Shown here piece after piece: positions 53,748 to 61,974 of a stretch of 64,000 nucleotides of DNA. A program made the position numbers and the translations under genes. The stretch is from an uncultured bacterium. Lineage in GTDB: Bacteria; Chlamydiota; Chlamydiia; Chlamydiales; SLFE01. The stretch's first letter is position 1; each line of letters begins with the position of its first letter. The notes beneath the pieces were generated by a model. That model ran no database searches. It saw only the letters and a program-made list of their open reading frames with translations, and was not told the DNA's origin. The DNA is taken from the NCBI GenBank assembly GCA_964584775.1, contig CAZPBC010000002.1, positions 19,627 through 83,626 on the forward strand, given 5' to 3'.

Positions 53748-55073
53748 CTAGTGCCTCGCAAACGTTTCAGTCCAAGGCCAAATCCATCCCCAGTTCGCTC
53801 CCCGGAAGAGGGAGCCGACGATGATCAAGATGCCTTGAGAGGTCATGAAGGCCGTATAGAGGAAAATCGCAAGGTAGCGGCTACGGTGGAACCAGTAGCC
53901 CTCACCGTGAGGGTTGCGGTCGAGGTAGGGGATGAGTGCAAGGCCGATCACGATCAAGAAAGGCACTCCTATCCCTCCCCAAAAAGCACTGTACGCAACC
54001 ATCTCTTGCAGACCGAGGAAGTACCACGGCGCCTTTGAAGGGTTGGGCGGCTTGCTCGGGTTTGCCGGTTCTTCAAGCGGCGCGTCGATGAGGGAAAGCC
54101 CGAGAACAAGAACTAAAATGACTAAAAAGGCGACAAGCTCAGCGCGGAGAAGATGCGGCCAGGTGAAGACAAAATTGTAGGGGCCTTTGTCGACGGTAGG
54201 ACAAGTCCCCCGCACGAGTTCCATCAATCCGTAGGTACGTTTCACACCTGGAGCAAAAGACTCTTTCGTATCAGACCGTTGCACAACGCGGTAAGGGTCA
54301 GGTCGCAGTTGGTCTGGAGGACGTGAAAGACCTCCATCCTTCCGGATCCGCCAAAAATGGACCCCAATTAAAATGGAGGTGAAGATCGGAAGCACCGCCA
54401 CATGCAAGACATAAAAACGGATCAAGGCATCTTGGCCCACGGTTGTCGAGGCAAGAAGCATCACTTTGTTGATGTTGTACTCAAAGCCTGGAATGTTCGG
54501 CGCATAGCCCGCAATCTCCGCTCCGACCGTGACCGCCCAGAAGGAGAGCTGGTCCCAAGGAAGCAGGTAACCTGTAAAAGAGAGAAGAAGAGTCATCACC
54601 ATCAAGATGACACCGATCACCCAGTTGAACTTGCGCATCCCCTTGTAGGAACCGGTATAGAAGACCCGCGACATATGCAAGAAGACAAAGAGCACCATCA
54701 AATGTGCGCTCCAACGGTGCATGCTGCGGTAGAAGCCTGCAAACGGGGTCGTATCTTGCCAATCTTTCATGATCTGGAAAGCGCGGTCTTCAGCGGGGAT
54801 GTAGTAGAACATCAAAATCACGCCTGAAATCGTCAGGATGAGGAATAGACTGGTCGTGATGGCGCCGAGACCAAGAGTATAAAAGGGATCGAGCGAGTTT
54901 TTGTGGCACTTAACCGGGTGGAAGTGGAGAAAGAAGTTCTTAAAGACGATCTCCGAGCGGTCGACGTCGTTGTTGGGGTAGTTGTGGCGGAAGATCGAGC
55001 GGACAAAGGCGCGTGGGAGATTAAGCAAGTGCTCGAAAAAACTCTCTCTTCTTTTTCCCTTAAACGTTTCCAT
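53748..55073 (-). CDS. Cytochrome b (fused b6 / subunit IV type)
   Basis: 441 aa; HRWSAHLMVLFVFLHMSRVFYTGSY, FTGYLLPWDQLSFWA. Its stop abuts the start of the haem-c gene. Confidence 0.9.
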   Translation of the reverse strand: METFKGKRRESFFEHLLNLPRAFVRSIFRHNYPNNDVDRSEIVFKNFFLHFHPVKCHKNSLDPFYTLGLGAITTSLFLILTISGVILMFYYIPAEDRAFQIMKDWQDTTPFAGFYRSMHRWSAHLMVLFVFLHMSRVFYTGSYKGMRKFNWVIGVILMVMTLLLSFTGYLLPWDQLSFWAVTVGAEIAGYAPNIPGFEYNINKVMLLASTTVGQDALIRFYVLHVAVLPIFTSILIGVHFWRIRKDGGLSRPPDQLRPDPYRVVQRSDTKESFAPGVKRTYGLMELVRGTCPTVDKGPYNFVFTWPHLLRAELVAFLVILVLVLGLSLIDAPLEEPANPSKPPNPSKAPWYFLGLQEMVAYSAFWGGIGVPFLIVIGLALIPYLDRNPHGEGYWFHRSRYLAIFLYTAFMTSQGILIIVGSLFRGANWGWIWPWTETFARH

Positions 55074-55076
55074 TCA

Positions 55077-55586
55077 CTAACTCACTGTAAACCATGCTGC
55101 GTCAAAATCGAGTGTCTGCTGGGCTTTGTCGACCATCAGATCGCCAGAGGCTCCCAGAAAAACTTTAAAGAACACCAAAGGCAGCGGGGCGGGCCCTCCG
55201 GTGTTTCGTCCATATTGGTCATAGGTCGACCCATGACAGGGGCATTTGTAGCCCGTCTCTACCGCGTTGACGGTGCAGCCGAGGTGAGTACACACCGCCG
55301 TCTGGACGCGCACCTTCCCTCCTGCCGTCTGGATAAAGACCTTCTGATTCGGATCGAAGATTTTTCCATCTCTCGAAAGAACGTCGTCAGGGCGTCCGAT
55401 CGAAAAGGTCGATGGGGGTGTTTTCATTGCATTCGGATAGAGGAACCCCAGCATCGACATGCCAAAGACCTGTGAAAGCCCCACCACTCCTGCACCGACA
55501 CCCAAGAGCGCAAGGAAAGAGCGCCTCGAGATCCGTGGATCCTCATCGTCGGGATCGACATTCAAAGAGTTGCGGTACTTCGGCAT
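55077..55586 (-). CDS. Rieske [2Fe-2S] protein with a Tat signal
   Basis: 169 aa; twin-arginine [20 protein letters not shown] and CPCHGS boxes. Confidence 0.92.
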   Translation of the reverse strand: MPKYRNSLNVDPDDEDPRISRRSFLALLGVGAGVVGLSQVFGMSMLGFLYPNAMKTPPSTFSIGRPDDVLSRDGKIFDPNQKVFIQTAGGKVRVQTAVCTHLGCTVNAVETGYKCPCHGSTYDQYGRNTGGPAPLPLVFFKVFLGASGDLMVDKAQQTLDFDAAWFTVS

Positions 55587-55589
55587 CGT

Positions 55590-55727
55590 TTAGTCGTCCT
55601 TATCATTTCGAAAAAGTTCATATTTCACATCCTCGACATCATCGAAGTGTCCCTTCCTCCAAAAGAGATAGGTCACAACAAGCGTCGAAACTCCCATCAG
55701 AGAAGTTAAAAGTAACAGACCATCCAC
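55590..55727 (-). CDS. 45-aa single-TM ORF between the flavoprotein and Rieske genes
   Basis: The GTG start shares a G with the upstream stop (TAGTG). VDGLLLLTSLMGVSTLVVTYLFWRKGHFDDVEDVKYELFRNDKDD. The track's longer 72-aa version would overlap the upstream gene by 82 nt. Confidence 0.45.
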   Translation of the reverse strand: MDGLLLLTSLMGVSTLVVTYLFWRKGHFDDVEDVKYELFRNDKDD

Positions 55728-57556
55728 TATCCAATCCACCGAATTGAGTAATTCATCACATCCATCGTCACAGCTTGAGTCGGGCACTTCTCTGCACAGA
55801 GACCGCAACGGATGCAGAGGTCCTCATCTTTTAACATTGCCGTCCCCATCAAATCAAGCTCAGACTCGTCGATCTCATCCGAGTCCACACTGTAGAGGTT
55901 ATCGACCGCTTGACGCAGTTTCCCATCTCCTTGGTCGAGGTTGAGCTGGCTGAGCGGAACTTGCTTTAAGCAGTTACAAGGACAGACATCGACGCAGCCG
56001 TTGCACTTGATGCAAAGCGCTCCATCGAAGACGGGGTTGACATGGCACTGAAGGCAGCGGTTGGCCTGCTCGTGGGCCGACTCATCGGTGTAGTTATTCT
56101 CCACCATGTTCCAGTTCTCTTTCCTCACTTCCTTCGGCTGAGAGGTCGGGAGAGCGTAGTCGGTGCGGAGGTAGTCTTTATTCCGGATAGGAGAGATCTC
56201 GGTGAACTCGCCAACCACCTCCTGGTAGGGACGTGTCCCTCGGAGGTCTGTGTCAATGGTCCGTGCGGCTTCTTGTCCATGACGGATCGCCGTGATGAAG
56301 AGCGCCGGACCGAAGGCAGCGTCGCCGCCTGCATAGACGCCTTCAACAGAGGTGCGCCCTGTCTCGCGCTCTGTCTGAATGATCCCTCTGTCGATCTTGA
56401 GCTGATCGGCCTTCTCCCAGCCGTTTAGAAAGCTGGTATCCATCGACTGTCCGATGGCAAGAGCGATCGTGTCGCATTCAATCACCGACTCATCTCCCTC
56501 AATGAACTGCGGTGCGAAGCGGCCGTCACTGTCAAAAAGAGAGGAGATTCTTTGGACCTTCAGCCCAACGATTTTGCCCTCCTCATCGCGGAGGATCTCT
56601 TTCGGACCCACACGGTTGACAATGGTCACTCCCTCTTCTAAACCATCTTCAATTTCAAACTCATCCGCCGTCTGCTCATCACGCGCCTCCAGACAGGTCA
56701 TCGTCACCTCAGCGCCGTTCCGTACCGAGGTCCGCGCAACGTCGAAAGCAACGTTCCCCCCCCCAATGACCACCATCTTTCGACCGATCGACCACTTCTC
56801 CTCAGCACAGAGGACCCGTAAATACTCGATTCCTCGGATGACGTCGGGGGCATCTGCACCGGGAATCGGAAGGGAGCGGGAACGCCAGAGACCGATCCCG
56901 ATAAAGATGGCATCGTATTTCTCCTCGAGCTCGCTCATCAAAATATCGCGCCCGACCTTCGTGTTATAGATGATCTTAGCCCCGAGGTGTTCGATCGCAG
57001 CACACTCATTGAGAGCGACTTCGTTCTTCAAACGGTAGTTCGGGACACCGTAGGTGAGCATCCCCCCTGCCATGCGCATCATCTCAAAGACATCCACTTC
57101 ATAGCCGAGGCGGAGGAGGTCGTGAGCGACCGTCAGGGAAGCGACACCTGCGCCGAGGCAGGCCACCTTGAGACCATTTTTCTTTGGCTTTGTCGAGCCA
57201 CGGGCATAAGAATACTCAAGTGATTGAATATGAGCTTTTTTTGAATAACCAAACCACTCATCCAGGTAGCGCTTTTGGGCTCGAATCGTGAGAGTTTTAT
57301 CGACCCGGTCACGGCGGCAAGAGATCTCACACGGGGCCCCACAGATCAAACCACAGATCGAGGCGAAGGGATTCGGTCCACGAGCGATCTTGTAGCCCTC
57401 TAAATAGTTTCCCGCATGGAGCGCCATCATATAGCCGCGGCCATCGGTGTTCACAGGACATCCGTCACGACAGTCGATCTGTCTTAAGTAGTAATCGAGG
57501 TCAGGGACTACCGCATCGTAAAGGGGCTTATAAATCTCTTCAGGATCGTCGGACAT
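55727..57556 (-). CDS. GltD-like NAD(P)H-dependent FAD/FeS oxidoreductase with a C-terminal 2x[4Fe-4S] ferredoxin domain
   Basis: 609 aa. N-terminal helical FeS domain (CPVNTD..NPFASICGLICGAPCEISC), Rossmann motifs VACLGAGVASLTVAHDL and VVIGGGNVAFDVAR, and CIKCNGCVDVCP plus CIRCGLCAEKCP. Confidence 0.85.
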   Translation of the reverse strand: MSDDPEEIYKPLYDAVVPDLDYYLRQIDCRDGCPVNTDGRGYMMALHAGNYLEGYKIARGPNPFASICGLICGAPCEISCRRDRVDKTLTIRAQKRYLDEWFGYSKKAHIQSLEYSYARGSTKPKKNGLKVACLGAGVASLTVAHDLLRLGYEVDVFEMMRMAGGMLTYGVPNYRLKNEVALNECAAIEHLGAKIIYNTKVGRDILMSELEEKYDAIFIGIGLWRSRSLPIPGADAPDVIRGIEYLRVLCAEEKWSIGRKMVVIGGGNVAFDVARTSVRNGAEVTMTCLEARDEQTADEFEIEDGLEEGVTIVNRVGPKEILRDEEGKIVGLKVQRISSLFDSDGRFAPQFIEGDESVIECDTIALAIGQSMDTSFLNGWEKADQLKIDRGIIQTERETGRTSVEGVYAGGDAAFGPALFITAIRHGQEAARTIDTDLRGTRPYQEVVGEFTEISPIRNKDYLRTDYALPTSQPKEVRKENWNMVENNYTDESAHEQANRCLQCHVNPVFDGALCIKCNGCVDVCPCNCLKQVPLSQLNLDQGDGKLRQAVDNLYSVDSDEIDESELDLMGTAMLKDEDLCIRCGLCAEKCPTQAVTMDVMNYSIRWIG

Positions 57557-57637
57557 GCAACCGTATCGTGTTAAATTTTAGAATCTAACAGACTAAAGAA
57601 ATTATTAACAGAAGTGTTCTTTAAGTAAGCAGAAAGC

Positions 57638-57669
57638 TTCCGCAGGCCAAGATCGGCTGGCCTGCGGAA
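57638..57669 (-). terminator. Strong hairpin downstream of the 402-aa membrane protein gene
   Basis: TTCCGCAGGCCA-agatcggc-TGGCCTGCGGAA, a perfect 12-bp stem. The T-tract is weak, so its terminator function is uncertain. Confidence 0.45.
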
Positions 57670-57678
57670 AAGAATCCA

Positions 57679-58887
57679 TTAGCCATAAGAGACGAGTTGA
57701 TCTTCTAGAGGCCGGATATAGGAGATACAGCGTTGTCGCTGGGTATAAGTCGCTCCATTCCGAAACCTTGCAAGTTGAGACCAAAACTCTCTCTCGATAT
57801 CAGGAATAGCGTTGTGGGTAGGCTTTGAACCTACCAAGATATCTGTATACCACTTGTTTTTCTTCCTAATGGCATCAATCGCTGCGCTAAGACATTTACC
57901 ATGAGAAGAGAAGTCGAGCCCAAGCTCCAGCCTTTCAATCTCACGGTTGAAATCACCTATAGCCATCGGAGCCACCACCTGAATAGGAAGGGTCCCTATA
58001 AACTCAACAGTCCGATAAAAAGCATCCACTTTTGCATGCTTATCCCCCTTTCTGTGAGGAAACTTTAGAGCATCTCTTTCACTAGATGCTATCTCCACCT
58101 TATTGATGTGACTTTCTAACAATCGAACAATCTTCTGCGCGTTTACTAGATGATCATCAACGTTAAAGTAGCCTTCTCTGACCTCTGATAAGTTCTCTTG
58201 CTTCTTATCAACCTCGTCTCTCAATTGCTTTAAGTCTAACGCTCCATTCACAATGAATCCTTGCCGATAGAAATGACGTTGGACGATCTCAGCCTTCGCT
58301 TCTTCTGTCGAAAAGAGACTATAATAGACAGGGCTCAACCAAAGAGCCGCTCCTAAGAGAAGAAGTCCAAGGGGGTAGAGGACCGCAGAAGCCACTCCCA
58401 TGATCGACACTAATAGATCTGTGCTGAGTGGTTTCAAGTGCGTTACCGCCTTGTTCCCATATATAATATCACGAGCTAGATGTGCAGAGTGATAGGCCAC
58501 TCCAATCGGAGCCACCACCACTGCGGTAAAAATCGCTGCAACCCAGCGGATAGGATAGCGCAGGGCGGTTGATTGCAAACCACTCAGTAAGCGAAAGAAA
58601 TGACGGACAGCGACACGGGTCACCGCCAAAGCCATCCCCACCAATCCCACAAAAGAGTTCGCACCAGCAGCTGCTCTCTCATACTCGACCTTGGAGCCCG
58701 GGGTAAGGGGAGCAGCACGGAACATCCCAAAAGCAAAGCTCGGCTTCTGGTCCGAAGTAAGATAGTCCCGTGACATCATCCGAGCCAACAGATGTTTATA
58801 CGGAACGTTTTCCACCTTGAGTGCGTAGGTGGGTTCTGTGTGCCGCTGCACGCGGCTTAAATACACTCCTGTAAGAGAAGATTCCAT
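57679..58887 (-). CDS. Paralogue family Y, member 1 (membrane protein with hydrophobic hairpins)
   Basis: 402 aa. Shares with the next gene HLKPLSTD.., ..GAALWLSPVYYSLFSTEEAKAEIVQRHFYRQGFIV, and the N-terminal GVYLSRVQRHTE. Confidence 0.72.
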   Translation of the reverse strand: MESSLTGVYLSRVQRHTEPTYALKVENVPYKHLLARMMSRDYLTSDQKPSFAFGMFRAAPLTPGSKVEYERAAAGANSFVGLVGMALAVTRVAVRHFFRLLSGLQSTALRYPIRWVAAIFTAVVVAPIGVAYHSAHLARDIIYGNKAVTHLKPLSTDLLVSIMGVASAVLYPLGLLLLGAALWLSPVYYSLFSTEEAKAEIVQRHFYRQGFIVNGALDLKQLRDEVDKKQENLSEVREGYFNVDDHLVNAQKIVRLLESHINKVEIASSERDALKFPHRKGDKHAKVDAFYRTVEFIGTLPIQVVAPMAIGDFNREIERLELGLDFSSHGKCLSAAIDAIRKKNKWYTDILVGSKPTHNAIPDIEREFWSQLARFRNGATYTQRQRCISYIRPLEDQLVSYG

Positions 58888-59047
58888 AATCTACCACTCC
58901 TTCGTTTAATCAATAAAAGTTAGGAAAGTACCAGGGTGCCTTTATCGAGGTCGTGCTTCGTCCACTACCTCAACTCATATCGAAGGGGGGAATTATTAAT
59001 CAAGAGCATAACCTGCTGAAAATCAGCTTTTCTTGCTCTACTATCGT

Positions 59048-59893
59048 TTAACCGATTGTGAGCTCTGGAAAAGCTGTGGTAAGGGCGTTATCCAGCCGCG
59101 TGTAGAAGGCTAGCCAATTTTTGACCTCGTCGATATTCGGAAGTCTAACATCCTGAGCCTCAATTTCTTTTAGGTCTCGACGCTCTCTAAACTCACGTCT
59201 GAGCTCGTAAAGATCCCTATCACCGACTTCAAAGACAACATCAAAGCCTTCTCGGCGAAACTCTTGCTCCACTGTATACTCAAAACGCTCTTCTCTCGAA
59301 AGGAAATAGGTTTGTACGGGACGGCTACCAATCAAGGCGCCAAAAACCACGACAGGAATCAACGAAAAACAGGCTAAAGCAACCGTTGTGATAAAAAGAG
59401 CTGCGTCCGTCACAAAAGGCTTCAGCCGCTGCCAGGAGGTAGAGTAGAGCTTTTCACTCGCCTCTTCTCTATTGAAGAAGAGAATAGAAAGTTCATGCAC
59501 AGCAAATATCCCCACACTGAATGGAGCCGCGGCAATAGGACCCAAAATTCCTGCCAAAGTACGGAGAGGAATCTCGACTATGGTTTGTAGACTGACGTAA
59601 GGAGTTATCGTATAACGACAATAATCTAATACCTCATTGAAAAACTTCGATGACAAATCCCACGCTTCTCCAATACTTTCTGCGTCGCCGACCGCTTTCA
59701 GACGTCCCTTCAAATCGAGGTCGGAAACCTTCTCACTCGCACTCTTCAAACTGGACTCACCAATCCGCTTTATAGCCAACTCATGATCCATTTCAAAATC
59801 ACCCCTAGGTGTGCAGTACCTCTGTTGCAGCGTCCTTTCGGTATAATTCAACATTGAAAAATAGAGTCCACCTTGTGTGATTTTGATTGCCAT
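59048..59893 (-). CDS. Paralogue family Y, member 2
   Basis: 281 aa; GLYFSMLNYTER, RLKPFVTD, GALIGSRPVQTYFLSREERFEYTVEQEFRREGFDV. Confidence 0.72.
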   Translation of the reverse strand: MAIKITQGGLYFSMLNYTERTLQQRYCTPRGDFEMDHELAIKRIGESSLKSASEKVSDLDLKGRLKAVGDAESIGEAWDLSSKFFNEVLDYCRYTITPYVSLQTIVEIPLRTLAGILGPIAAAPFSVGIFAVHELSILFFNREEASEKLYSTSWQRLKPFVTDAALFITTVALACFSLIPVVVFGALIGSRPVQTYFLSREERFEYTVEQEFRREGFDVVFEVGDRDLYELRREFRERRDLKEIEAQDVRLPNIDEVKNWLAFYTRLDNALTTAFPELTIG

Positions 59894-60111
59894 TGGATTT
59901 TCCTTTTTGAATTTAAAAAATTAAGTTTAGCGTCTTCCTCTAATTTTTTGTACCCTTGAGTGATCCCAGATTGATAGAGACGCCCTTCATACACCAAGTC
60001 TCTTTCAAAATTTGCACCACCTGCGCCATTTTTAGATTCAATATTGATTATTTTTGTTTATTTTATTTTTAATTTAATGGTAATATTATTAACAAAAATA
60101 GGTTATAAAAC

Positions 60112-61962
60112 ATGATTAATAAAGTTAATAAAGATACCAGAAGCCCCGATTCAAGCCCTCCAGCCTCTCCTCCTCCCCCTAAACAACCGCGGTTGTTAGG
60201 TCGAGACGTCCGTGATGAAGCAGGCAGCGTTTCGGGAGATCTCGACAAAATCCTCCAGTTCTTGCGGAGCCTTCCTTCTTCACCTGCAGCATGCTTTTAC
60301 AAAGATAGACTGACGCCTCTCGAGGGACTAGAGACAGAAGCAGAAGTCACTGCAGCACTGTGTAACGCCGTTTCGATCTGGATTCTGTTTAGAATTGAAA
60401 ACAGAAACATAAAGCACCTATTAGACTCGCTCGAAGCTTTTCCCCCCAGTCTTATCCCTCATCTTTTAGGGTATTTGACTAAACAACAGCTGGGGACACC
60501 CAGAGCTGTAGAAAATGTGCTTCCCGATCGATGGTTCTTAAATAACGACTTTTTGGAGAAATTAAACGGTTTACTCTCTCACGAAGATATCCATATTCGA
60601 CTTGGATCAGTGAAGCTTTTACTTCGTGCTAAACAGTGTGGAGCTCCTTTAGACACGAATCTTGTTTCCCGCTTTTTGAATGACTGCTTTCAGGTCATTC
60701 ACTTATCACATCGTGACAAATCCCCGGTCCTTTGGTCCGAACTGATAGAGGTTTTACTTTCCGCTAAAGAACTAGGTATCTCCTTGAATTGGCAAAGAAT
60801 TCTAAGTTCAATCGCAGGCTCTCTTCCAACCAATCCAACCTATGCAAACACGATGCTAAGTGAAATATTGAAAGATCAGTCCACCTCTCTTAGAGAGGAC
60901 GCCGTCACTCCTCTCATGTACCTCCTTCATAATCAAAATGATTCGGTAAAATTCAAGGCTGCTAAATTGTTGATGCTCGCTAAAGAGCATGGAGCCCCAG
61001 TCCAAACCGAGAAGGTCGTCACAACCTTAATGGAACTCTTTTGTAAAGGGGACGATTTAACAAAATTGGACACTGTCAATTTTTTGCTAAAAGCAGAATC
61101 CAAGGGAGCTTCCGTGGAATGGACTCGGCTCGCGTTGGATGTCGACCCTTTGACTCATGAAATTGATGAGCTAAAAATCGAAGCTGCACGCCTTTTAGTC
61201 AGACGCGGACTTGGAGGAATGGCCGTTGATTGGGAGAGAATAAGTGATTTACCCGCACTGATGGCCCCCGAAGAAGGGGAAGTTGAAATTGAAGACTACT
61301 TGGAAAGGCAACTAGACGCTGCCTTGGTGGTGGTAGATGCAAAGGAGAGAGGAGCTCCTGTCAACCTCGATACAGTGATCTCTGTTGCAACTCGCATTCT
61401 GGAAACTGGAGATCGCATGAACCAAGGTAAAGCTGCAAAAATATTGGCCCGCACTAGGGTTAAAACATCCTATCCTCAGGTCGTTCAAACATTGATGGAT
61501 CTTCTCGAAAAATCTCCAAACTTTGAACTGAAGCTGCAGGCAATCAACACTCTTCTAAAAATCCAGAGTGACGGTCATGATATCGATTGGAAAAAAGTTC
61601 TTCCGATACTATCACCAAGCGAGATCGATTCCTCTCATACAGGAAAAGTGGCTCAATTTTGTTCTTTTGAAACAACCAATTATACTAACTTACTTAAGGC
61701 AAAGCTTTTAATGAAATTGGGACTCAGAGGAGTCAACGTCAACTGGGAATTTGTATTGAAGACACTCACTGATCAACTCTCCGATGATGAACCCTCCCAT
61801 TCTCTGCTCGCTGCAAAACAGTTGATCAAAGCGAGAGAGTCAGGGGTCGAGGTAGAGAGCTCTAAAGTGATTGCAACACTCAGGGAACTAATTCAAAAAT
61901 CGATCTTGAATCGAGAGGAAGCCTCTAATCTTCTAAGAAGAGTCGAGTCGTTTCAACCCTGA
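60112..61962 (+). CDS. Repeat protein (HEAT/ARM-like helical repeats) with a Pro-rich N-terminus
   Basis: 616 aa; N-terminal SPDSSPPASPPPPKQP. At least 10 repeats of the type KLLLRAKQCGAPLDTNLV, LLMLAKEHGAPVQTEKVV, VVVDAKERGAPVNLDTVI, LLKIQSDGHDIDWKKVL, QLIKARESGVEVESSKVI. Confidence 0.8.
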   Translation: MINKVNKDTRSPDSSPPASPPPPKQPRLLGRDVRDEAGSVSGDLDKILQFLRSLPSSPAACFYKDRLTPLEGLETEAEVTAALCNAVSIWILFRIENRNIKHLLDSLEAFPPSLIPHLLGYLTKQQLGTPRAVENVLPDRWFLNNDFLEKLNGLLSHEDIHIRLGSVKLLLRAKQCGAPLDTNLVSRFLNDCFQVIHLSHRDKSPVLWSELIEVLLSAKELGISLNWQRILSSIAGSLPTNPTYANTMLSEILKDQSTSLREDAVTPLMYLLHNQNDSVKFKAAKLLMLAKEHGAPVQTEKVVTTLMELFCKGDDLTKLDTVNFLLKAESKGASVEWTRLALDVDPLTHEIDELKIEAARLLVRRGLGGMAVDWERISDLPALMAPEEGEVEIEDYLERQLDAALVVVDAKERGAPVNLDTVISVATRILETGDRMNQGKAAKILARTRVKTSYPQVVQTLMDLLEKSPNFELKLQAINTLLKIQSDGHDIDWKKVLPILSPSEIDSSHTGKVAQFCSFETTNYTNLLKAKLLMKLGLRGVNVNWEFVLKTLTDQLSDDEPSHSLLAAKQLIKARESGVEVESSKVIATLRELIQKSILNREEASNLLRRVESFQP

Positions 61963-61974
61963 CCTCTGATTTTT

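Noticed and set aside
50511-56969. Plus-strand ORFs inside the respiratory operon (50511-51077, 52302-52760, 53493-54038, 54903-55475, 56454-56969)
   Set aside because: All lie within minus-strand genes that carry haem-binding, Rieske, cytochrome b or Rossmann motifs, so they are shadow frames.
58888-59047. 160-bp intergenic region inspected for a tRNA or small RNA gene
   Set aside because: No cloverleaf-compatible arms or conserved T-loop (GTTCGAATC-type) were seen, only short hairpins (GCTGA-aaa-TCAGC) consistent with a terminator.
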